Assembly: GCA_020891255.1 (NCBI GenBank)
Contig: BQFW01000006.1
Coordinates: forward strand, 62,001-126,000
Direction: 5' to 3'
Source: Entomortierella parvispora E1425
Taxonomy: Eukaryota; Fungi; Mortierellomycota
DNA length: 64,000 nt
In this document: positions 39,142 to 49,423 of the stretch, in pieces
Layout: the number at the start of each line of letters is the position of its first letter
Position numbering within the stretch: the stretch's first letter is position 1
Position numbers and translations under genes: made by a program
The notes under the pieces: model-generated
What the model saw: the letters and a program-made list of their open reading frames with translations, nothing else
Databases searched by the model: none
Told to the model about the DNA's origin: nothing

Positions 39142-39551
39142 CGCTTCATATCGATTGCTTTGTCTCCAACTTTTGAAGAAGCTGACTTTTCTATGATTTG
39201 GATATATAGGCCACCGCAGCAGGCCATATCGTCGTGCTTGTTGATGAGTACCTCACCTCTAGCCTATGTCCAAGCTGCCTGGAGACGGGAGTTTCCTCCC
39301 GACTGGCAAAGCCCACCATGCGGTCGTGTGTGTGCCTTGTGTGCGCCAGATGGCTGCACAGAGATGTCATCGGCGCACAAAATATTGCAGTAGCAGGGGA
39401 AGCGTGGCTTCATACTCAAGCCAGACCCCTTCCCCTGTGTCGTCCGATCAGCAGTACCAACCTCCCTAAAACCAATATCTGCGCCGAAAACGCAGTCACA
39501 TTTATCTCAAGTAGTCAGATAGACAGCAACCGTATGACAGTTTACAATTAG
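34888..39551 (+). CDS. XPG/FEN1-type PIN nuclease fused to a Fanzor (TnpB-like RuvC) nuclease, 1419 aa, 5 exons
   Basis: Exons 34888-35316, 35402-36591, 36688-37534, 37653-39104, 39210-39551 (4260 nt, all GT-AG, phases 0/2/0/0, no internal stop). PIN motifs MGIRGL, HVDF, HVDG..K..EHRRR, QAD, TSDSDL, NDYVKNIPYFG. RuvC motifs WGVDPG, YGNGSF, VDEYLTSSLCPSC, CLVC, HRDVIGAQNI. Confidence 0.9.
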
Positions 39552-39700
39552 AGAGGGTCAGCCAATTCTGATGCGAAATCATTGGCTACGAGAATTCTTA
39601 CTCGACCCCAGTGTCCTTTCTCTGTTTTGAGTGAGAAATTGAGAAACAGCCAAAATACAGGCTGGGTGTCAGTTTGACCCCTTTTTCAGAGGTTCACGTC
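39552..39700 (+). ncRNA. Candidate omegaRNA (Fanzor guide scaffold)
   Basis: Closed multibranch fold beginning 3 nt after the Fanzor stop: GGGTCA(39555-60)/TGACCC(39675-80) enclosing three hairpins. Position matches the known 3' location of TnpB/Fanzor omegaRNAs; function is inferred. Confidence 0.55.
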
Positions 39701-39972
39701 CAACGCGCCCCTGCTCGCCTGCATGTTGTTCACATGTCCGCCATGCCATGCCCTTGTCTCCTCCTCATCAAATTACCGGCTTCCGTCCTCTCTCTCCCAC
39801 ATTCCCATCAACTTCACGTCTTTCTCTCTCTTCTTTCTCTTTCTTTCTTTCCATTTTTTTTTTTTTTTTTTTTGGTTCATTTAAGTGGTTCAGCAGCAAC
39901 TAGCCATTGCCTCCATGCCACATGCCAAGTTTCTAACTAATTATTATCAATAAACCAACAATATGAGACTAT

Positions 39973-42900
39973 CTATGACTCCTTCTCCCCTCTTGCAGCC
40001 TTCTGATCTCGGCAGTAGTTGATCAATTGGTTCACAGTCCAAGAATGTTTCTTGAAAAGTGCTTCGAGCTCCATCATTGCATCTTGGAGGGCATCCTCTT
40101 GACTCCGGCCGCCGTCCTTCGCTCTGTTTTGGCTGGCAAGGTACTCGACCTCTTCGATAATCCGCCTTTTGTTGTTGAGCTGTTTCTGATGTTTCCTAGA
40201 GATTCCCAATGATCTTTTCCCAGCCTTTTGACGCTCCTGCTCGAATCCCTGGTACTCTTCCCAGATTGCAGCCACGCTTCCAAGTCTGTAATTGACAGTA
40301 ACGCCACCAGTTGTTACACTGGTGGTGGTCGTAGTAGCCGTGGTGGTAGTTGTGGTTGCGGTGGCGGTTGTTGTCGTGGTCACAGTTGGCTGTGTTTGCA
40401 CGGCGGGCGTGGACTTGAACGGCACGGGTGGACACTGGGGTTGAGACTGGGGCTGATGTTGGGCAGCTTGAGACCATCTCGGAAGCCCAATTGCCAGTAC
40501 CGGCGGCGCTTGTGCAAGTCTTCGAGGACTTGCAGGGATAGGTTGCTCAGATTGGACATTAATGGGAGGGCGCACCGGCAGAGAAGGAGTGAATCCTAAA
40601 GCGGGTTGCCACGATGGCGCTAGATATGGTTGCTGCCAGAAATTGCCAGCAAAGCCAGACGTATTGTGGCCAAGTTGGCGGATCAGATAATCCAACTTGG
40701 ATTCAATACGGGAAGAGGTCTCCTTGAAAATGTGGATGCCATAATCGACGATGGCATCCAGGTACAGCATGGCTTGATCTAGACGCTCAGCTGCTGCCCA
40801 CCGAAGCCCTTGTATTTCACGCTTCATGATCTCGAAGCTCCCTGGTAGCCGTGTCATTATTTCTCCTTGACGAGCGATAAGGCGTTGCTGGTCTTGAAGG
40901 ACCATCTTCACATTGGGGTGCATGTCTGTTGGCAGTACTGCCTCCTTTGTGCTCAATACTGTTGCCACCTGCTCCTTAAAGGCCTGAAAGGCCGGCGTCT
41001 CAAAAACCCCAAAAGCCAGTAACGGCGACTTCACGTTCGAGTGCTTGCACAAGTACTCAGCTGCATCTTGAAGGATTACCCGTCGCAGGCGAAGTAGTGC
41101 TTTCAAAAAACACTTTTTCGCCATTTCGGACTGTCGAGTATTGGCTGATACCATGCCTCGGATGCTTGAATCATACTGCAGAGGAACAACGTTTTGGAGC
41201 TGGGATGCTTCATTGGCGTTTCTCTCCTCCATTTCTTGTATGCACTCCTCTTGCCATTCGTTATAGGCGGGGCTGCCTGGAGGTCCGCATGCTGTCTCGA
41301 TAAAGGGGAAAATTTGTTGTTGCAGGTCGAGGCTCGGTGAGATCTCGTTTCGCTTGAGATGGAATGGAACCTCTCCACCAAGGAATCCAGCCAACTGAAC
41401 TGCAAAATGGTACGAGGGATCATCATCGTAGTACTGGTCCAGTTTGGTGGTGTTTTGTTGCCAACGGCCTGCCTTCCGGATTTCATCTCGTGCGATGAGC
41501 ATCATCCTGGCCTCACTTGAACCACTATGACGGCCAGAATGAGTAATGTGACGGCACGTCACGCGTTGACGTTGGAAACACTTTCTCATGTTTTCTCCTT
41601 GAATCTCATAAGAGACCTCATCATGTACGTTAGGCCAGGTGTGGATGAGCTTAACATCGAGCCAACTGGGGTCATCAAAGTCCGGCAGCGTTTCATGCTT
41701 AACCTAAAACAACGAGAAAGACAAGAAAGACATTAATAACGTAACATAGAACAGTGTCAATCTTGTCAGGGCTTCAACAATTCAAGCCAGAGCTGCAATA
41801 TAATAGGGGAAATAGGGAAATAGAGGAGTCAGAAAACTTACATGAAACAGGTCATAAAAGTAAAATCCAAGCGCACCAACACTGCAGCGGCGTACATCGG
41901 TGTGTCTGCATGATACGCCATACAGCATCTTGCCTCCTTGGTTGTTTTTGCCCTTGTGGAAGTTTGCCATCAAAAATACTAGGTTCTGAGTGCCCCCGAT
42001 CCGATTGATAGAAGGATCCATGAAAATATCCGAGTAATTCAAGCCTCGAAGGTCCTCGTCTCTCAGGAGCATGGCATGCCTTATTGCTAGTGAGAGGTGT
42101 AATCTCATCGAGGAGGAAGTTTCTGACACGGGCTGTTGCCATGCATCCAAAAGACATCTATCAGTACAAGGATATGTAGGTGTGCAGGTGTGCATGTCAA
42201 TATTCCTCAGCGTATGTTGCTTTTGCGCTTTTGCATGGTCTTCTCTCTTTCTTTCTTTCTTCCGTTTTCTAGCACATACCTAATATGCTCGTCGATCGTG
42301 TATGTATTTCTTATTCCACAGGACGCAGACCAATTGCGATGGTTGACGAGCTCACCGATTACAAGATCGTTGTTGTATTTTGAAAGAGTCTCCTTGATCG
42401 CCTTACTCTTTCGTAAATGCTCTGCTTTGTTAGGATCAGTGATACGATTGCTTTGCCGTGTTTGCAAATGGACGATTGCTTTAAGTGCTTGATCCATAGT
42501 TGCACTTTCGCAGAAAACCTGCAGGACCTTGGAGCCATCCTCTGCTGCTGGAATAGATTCCAACACTAGTGGCCGAGTCCAAAAAGATAGAGCATAGAGT
42601 ATAGACGGTGACAAGACAGCACGACGATATGTTAGAGTGAGGTAACCTTGCCAAGGTTAGTACTGGTTCTAATGCAACCAATTCCCATAACACTCACCCT
42701 GACGCAAATCAACAGGTCGACGTTTTGCCTTCGATTCTGGCGCCACCAACGCAAGGGCTACCCTCACATCCTTCGTTTCGTTTGCTCTGAAGACCTTTGG
42801 GATTCTCCTCTTGAACATGAAATCCTTGAAAAATAAAAGGACCTTCTCTTCGTTGACCTCATACCGGGCGTCCTGTTCAGTCATGTAAGTCTTGTCGCAA

Positions 42901-43746
42901 AACTCCTATACGAAATGAGAACCGGTACATGTTCGACCGACGAGTATTATTTTAATAGGTCTGCATTTTTTTTTTACTGCATTATACCCTACGTTTTTAC
43001 CTTGAAGAACTTGAGGTAAGTCAAGTACGCTTCCTTGGTGTTCCGTGCCAAGTTTTCGTGCTCGAGAGCCATGCCCTGAATGCGGAGTGCCGTTGCTCGC
43101 TGATGTAATTCGAGTGCTGTTAAACTACTACCATCTTGAGAAACTTCCTCTTCCACCACAACATGGGTGATGGCAAGTGTCGACAGCTCTTTCATCAGCG
43201 CAGAAAACTCTTCTGGAGAATGGCGTCAGATGTCAACGTGTTGAGACGCAAATAATCCACCTCAATTTCTTGTTTGATTTGATACCTACGTGCAACCTTG
43301 GCGTTGAGGGATGACTTTGGACGTCCTCGCGTTCTTTTTGGGGGCCTTCCCGTTCTTTCTGCGGACCAAGCTTGCACTTGCAGAGCCTGATCTGATTCCG
43401 ATTCGGATGCCGTTTCTTCTTGCAGAGGTAATGCATTAGGTCCTCGCCTTCTCTTCGCTGGCCGATTCTGTGGCGATTGATCCTGTTTTGATTCAGAGGA
43501 CGATGAAGAATTTTCTGCATCTTCTGCATCTTCCGTTAAATGTTTTTCAAAAGTTGATACTGCATTAGGAGGAACGTGAAGCTTGAACCACTTTTGTGAA
43601 GGCGCTGTCCGCTGGGTCCTTTCAGGTGTTAATTGTAGGGATGTCGATCCCGCTGCTGGTTCGAGTGATTGTAGAGATAATGGTGCTTGTTGGACAGGTC
43701 CTTTCTGTCGCGGTTGTTCCAAGGGCTGTGCTTGCGACATTGACAT
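39973..43746 (-). mobile_element. Crypton tyrosine recombinase gene #3, apparently intact (multi-exon), convergent with the PIN-Fanzor gene
   Basis: ARNTKEAY..FFK|EFCDK; LLRDEDLR (R), KGKNN (K), THSGRHSG (HxxR), AGRW, DQYY (Y); ISPSLDLQQQIFPFIE; C-terminal SVAAIWEEY GCR1_C-like. Five GT-AG introns restore one frame; start could be 43746 or 43998. Confidence 0.85.
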
Positions 43747-44839
43747 GGCTTTCTTCTCAGTTGTGTCTGATTTCGAATTGATAGGACGGGGCCTCTGGGT
43801 TGGGTGTTGGCGTGTTATGACGGTACGATGGATATGATGGGGTGATGTGCCGCTGTGTGTGTTGCATGCCTGCATGTGCGAATGTTCGCGTGCCTGCTTG
43901 GGAGGAAGTAGAGTATCGTTGCACGTGACCAAAAAAGCAAAGAAAAGGCTTCTTCCATTCACACCTTGTTCGCCTTTCATAATGGACATAATGGACATTA
44001 CTGTTATTAACCCACATCAGGAACAACAGCATCACCAGCATGGTCAGCACGATGATGTCCTTGTCCCTCAGAGGGGTCGTTGGTGCCCGGTTGGCACTAA
44101 TACCTTCTTACTTACTCACCACCTTTCCCAGCAAACACGCACCACGCATGCTGGTCGCCAGGCTAACCACCACCTGATCATCTCACGCACCACTCACAGT
44201 GGTCGTCGCAGCGTTGGTCACCGCCAGAGTGGCCCTGGCCCTTTGGAATCCCTTCTCTGAACTTGTGGACCTTGCTAGTCTTGACAATTTTATAGTGCAA
44301 GGCTAAAAGAGACAGGTCGCAAGTCTCTCGGAGTATTGTGCTATTGTGTAGATGCGTATTATAAAAACAATCGTCGTTTAATAAATGGCAGTGTTGATTC
44401 TGTCTGTTTGACGTATTCGACTCGATTCCTGGGGTGCTGAGGAGCTCGCGCTCTGTGTTCTTCTGCTTCTGCCTTTTTTCTTTTTTTTGTCACTTTTGTA
44501 TTATTTTTTATTAATTTTATTTTTTTTATTATTTTATTCGAGGAGTGCACAAGGACCGGTGTTATTATTATACGGGGGTGTCAGTCAAAAAGTGGGAGGA
44601 GGGGGGGCCAATCAGATGCTGGCAGTGGTCCATACCTTTGGTATGGTTGTGAGAAATGCTCTCTTTCATAGAGTGAGCTCAAGGATACCAACGGTATCTG
44701 ACTTGAGAAATTTCTCAGCGTGACTGAGAAATTAATTTTCATACAGCTGAAGAGATAGGATAATCTCATGTCTGTCAGAAGTCGACCTTCATTCCTTCAT
44801 TCACTCACCTAAGCAACAAGGAAGCGACCTGCTTACGGG

Positions 44840-47800
44840 ATGTCAAACGCTGATGGTCAGCCTTTTGATCAGACACCATTGCCGTCTCCACCTCGAAACA
44901 AGAGGGCGAAGAACAGGAAGCAGCTCGCAGCAGCGACCGATACCCTTTCGGCGGCTGCTGAAACAAACGACGCGCCCCAGGTACCGAAACACCGCGCTTC
45001 AGTTGATAAAGCAGCTTCGGCTCAGTACCAAGCAGGAAAATCCCCTACAAGGAAGAAGACGCTAGGAGGAACTCGAACGACGTCGTATCGAGTCCGTCAA
45101 CTTTATCACGGACCAGGTCCTGCTGCCTCAGAATCCAGGTGTCACTGTTTTCTGTCACCAAGGTAGAATAGGAGACTGAATGGTAAGCTAGCAGTCTTTA
45201 CATGTGCTTGCTTGCTTGTTTTGTGGAGTGCCTCCTAAACCCCACCCGCCTTTCAATCTAGGACTATTGTATCGAGAAGCATGGAGGAGATACAAGAGTA
45301 AACGCAGTCAAGGTCATCCAGTATCTCAAAGATGTTATCTTCAAAGTCACCATCAAGAAGCTCATTAGCCCCAAGAGAGGATACGACGATGTTATTGGAA
45401 CCTTGACAACAAAATACCCTGCAGATGGAATGGCACCCCAGTAGGAAAAGTAGGTGAGTACTGGCACTGGCAACGTGCCAATCACGATGCTCAAGTGGAG
45501 GGCAACAATGAAATCTGGAGTGATGACGATGGCTCCGAGGAGGAGGAGGAGGATGGACCAATGATGGCTTATGAAGTCGAAAGTCGCCAAGAGAGAGAAG
45601 AGCTGGAAGAACAGGACACGAACTCTCACAGGCGCCTCGTCACACCTGGGTCTCTGTAGACGACGACTCCATGGCTGCGCAGTCCAATCTCACCACCCAT
45701 GAAAAGCCGGTTGCCAACGGACAAAAGCAACCGAAAGCTGTGGTGAATCCTACTTTCCTTCGCTTTCGACCAAATGAGAGGAACCAAGTCCGTACTCCAG
45801 CACACAATGACTCTATTGCAGACAAGGCAAAAGGCAAGAATCGATTTTTTTGGAATGGCATTATACAATGTACTAACCATGAAGCCCCGTGTCTTCCACC
45901 ACAGTCTTCGATGATGCGGAGACTGACAATCATGGACGCAGGGTCATTTATGTTCCGAGGACACTGGGCACCGTACTCAACATCAAGAAAGCCCTAGTTC
46001 ACCTTTGGGAAGAACAACGAGGACAACAGGCACCTTATCCAAACCGTGTGCCGCATCTAGGATTCGACAAGACAGTGAAGACCATTACAAGCAACTATAG
46101 CTTACAACTTGTTAAGGACTCTTTAAACCCTGGCACGTTAAGAGGCGCAGCCTGTTCTCTCCGTGACCCCTACTCAGAGAGAATGTTTATATGAATGTTG
46201 TCCTATCTCGCGCGCAATTTGCCGATCAAAGCAAAATCAATAACGAAACGTCCCTACAGTACTACAAGACGGTACGCTTATCAGGAACGTGTTCTTTGTC
46301 TTCTGGCTCGACACCATATGCTTCTCCGCGACGAGGATATCCGAGGAATTACTCTGTCGGATCTATTTCACATTCAGCGACTCCACAAGGCGCGCCTGGT
46401 TCCAAGATGGCCACCGGTTTAACATTTACGTTGACCCGTGGAAAAACGAATCAAGGAGGTGTTCGACTCTATGGAACGGCTTTTCGTCACAAGGACTATC
46501 GGCAGTGCACTGTTGTTGGATTTGCTTTCTACATGCTGGAGCGCTGGCAGGTTTGAACATCAATTGTACAATTGCAATGTGCTGTGTTTATTGCGAATAT
46601 TGGGTATTTATTCGATTTTTCTCTGGTGGACTTGTTAGGTCGATCAGGAACCTTTACCTGACTTCGCAGATCCGGATGAATGGAGCAACTATACACTCCT
46701 TGTGGATGGCTCTTCTCCTGAGGAAAGAGCGAAAAAAAAGACAGGAAAACACCAATCCATCTCCGGACTCAGATCAACTCGACTGCAGCCATCATGAGGA
46801 CATGCGAGGTTTAGTCCACGAAGGTGACACATGGTGGTAGACATGCTGGCACTTCAGAGGCATACCATCTTGGACTTGAGCTAGAACACATCCGACATCT
46901 TGGGCGGTGGGTAATGGGGCAGATAGAGAACATGCTCCTAAAAATCCCGTCATCGGAGCATTTTATATGGCGCACTTCAACCATATGGATAAGCCATACT
47001 TTATCGAGAGAGACCTAGTTACTCCTCCCCTCGATCTGCAACGGCAAGTATCCCCATGGATCGAGAAGGTTTTTGATGACCCCAGGATAAAGCGACTGGC
47101 ATCGTCATGGATCAAAACCTGCGACGAGGAGATGGAAGGCGGTGATACAAACGTGGCTTCGGAGACAGATGTGTGGTGGAAAATGAATGAGGAGGATGTA
47201 GAGGGTGATCGATGTGACCATGGCCATGTGAGCAATACTTACGAACATGGGTCTATTGTTGACTTGATAGCGTTTCTCAAGCTGATGGTCCGGATGAGGA
47301 GGTTTATTCTTCAAGACTCGGTTATGTTCATGGAAGAGCGAGGTCCTGAGGGTGTTACTATCATGAACAAACTTCTCGCATCCGATCAGATGCAGCAGAT
47401 ATTTATCCGGGATGATATCTCCAGTTTAAGAAGGACCTTCTTGATGATATCAAGAGGCACAAGGAAGAACGTGCTCGCATCAACATCAACGAGGAGCTGA
47501 ACAACACTGTCATTGCAGATGCCGTCAACGGGATGAGTAATGGAACATCAGAGTCGCATGCCAGACAAGAACGCTTGTTGAAAGAGATATTGGTATCAAT
47601 TCAACAATCCCAATGTCAATAGACGGCGTTGGAACATCAACAATATCTTGCGCTCGGGAACCAGTTTGGAATGCGGCAAAACCTCCATGCAACAGCTGCA
47701 ACAGGGATATCAAATGCAACTACAGTTGAGACAGTTTGAACAAAAGCAACATAATCGCATGGACGGCACCCGGATGGCAGAGAATGTCCTCCCTCCACTC

Positions 47801-48300
47801 CGACGCAAACCTGGTAATCAATGGCGTATTCAACGGGAAATTCAGCAGCCGGATCGACAGCAGCAGCACCACCGGCAGCAAGATCGGCAGCAGTATCAAC
47901 AGCAGAGTCAGCAACGGAGTCAGCAACAGGGTCAGCAACTGGATCAACAACGGGGTCAGGGGCAAGACCAGCAGCAGGGTGAGCAACAGATCCAGGGGCA
48001 GGGCCAACAGCAGCAAGAATTCCAATAAGAAGAGGAGGATGAAGATGATGAGCCACTAACAGCATTTGGACGACGGCTGAAGAATGTCCCGCCGGTGCCG
48101 CCACAATTCAAGCAACAATGCTGGAAAGTTAGCTACACACTTGTGCCAGACCGAGGGGCATTGTCAGTTAAAACTGCTTGCTGGCAATTCAACGGTCCAA
48201 TGGCAGCCTCGAAATTGCAAAGACCATATGATAAGTCAGAAAGGAAAGCAGTTGAGGCAGGCGTAGGCTCATTCAAGTGATTGAGGCGGATGCTAAAGCC
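44840..48300 (+). pseudogene. Degenerate Crypton tyrosine recombinase gene #4
   Basis: LLRDEDIR, RGKTNQGG, THGGRHAG, HLGRW, VTPPLDLQRQV, LMVRMRRFILQD spread over several frames with stops; Q-rich C-terminal tract at 47648-48028. Confidence 0.8.
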
Positions 48301-48448
48301 AATGGCCTCTCTTTGGAGAGGCAAGGGATTCCTTGCCCATTGTTAATCAGGGCAAGACTGTGGTTCGTCTTGTCAAAAGTTTACAGTTGCTGTACCCAGA
48401 GATCTTGGGCAATCAAACGCACGACGAGAATGATGAGCATGATGAAAT

Positions 48449-48872
48449 GGGTGTATCGAGTTTGGTTGAGTGTGGTCACAAGTTGAATGAGACAAGTTGC
48501 GTACTGAAGAGCAGGAGCTGCGAGGAGAGGAAGGTGGGCTTGCTTTTATCTAGGGCCGCAGTTGTCGCGGTGGATCGACGAGGTGGGTTCTCTGAAGTGT
48601 GAGCTGAGCGTGCAGACAGCCACCGGTCTCCATGTTCCCGCTTTTGCTTGCGCGTTGCGGAAAACAGGAACAGGGACCCAACAAAGAGCGCTGAAAGGCT
48701 GAGGCACGAGAGAGCCGCTTGGACTAAAGAGATGTTGGAGGTAGATTGCGTCGGACGAGGAACCGTGTGCATGAACAATGCCTCTATCCTGTTAGTGGAC
48801 TCTTCGTTCAGAACGGTTGGTTCACTTGCCGCACTCAACTTGTGGGCACACTCAACGAAATTCGATATACTC
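48449..48872. mobile_element. Non-autonomous TIR element (MITE, MULE- or hAT-like), ~424 bp
   Basis: Ungapped ~46-bp imperfect TIRs GGGTGTATCGAGTTTGGTTGAGTGTGGTCACAAGTTG / rc GAGTATATCGAATTTCGTTGAGTGTGCCCACAAGTTG; flanks GATGAAAT (48441-48) and GATGAAAAT (48873-81). Confidence 0.75.
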
Positions 48873-49423
48873 GATGAAAATGGATGAATTTCAAGTGGGT
48901 CAAGTGTGGTACAGATGCTCTCGCGACGCGTCCCTGGACTCTGTTCTCAGAGATACACTACCACCGTATCTCTGGTGCCCTTGAGGATTCCCTTGGCGAC
49001 CGATAGGCGGCACTACTGGGGGCCTCCTACCCATTGTTCTATCTCGCTATCATGGTCTTCCTTGCCTCTGTCTGCCCGCGCCTCAACAATTCAAAAGAAA
49101 AAAAATTGGTTCCTGTGTCCCAAATTTTTTGGTGTTAGCATCATAGAATGGACTGGCATGAGAAACAGGCATTCCGGTATCAGCGAGATGCCCTTGAGAA
49201 TACGTTCCTGTTGAACTACTTTTCCTGGTTGCAGGTCCCCTGGTTCTTGACAAAAAAGAGGGTAATAGGTCAAGCCATAGGGCATCAAAGAGGGGTTACC
49301 CAACTTTTGACCCATTTTCAAATAACAGAATGATAAAAAATATGGACAAAGACAAAGACCAGATCTTTATTCATTGTTGTGTCCGTCCCCATGCGAAAAC
49401 GCTCGATTGTGCAACTAGTACAA

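Noticed and set aside
47636-48104. Leu/Val/Ala-rich minus-strand ORFs (also at 16279-16984, 27687-27947, 40228-40599)
   Set aside because: Antisense shadows of Gln/Thr-rich or purine-rich low-complexity tracts.
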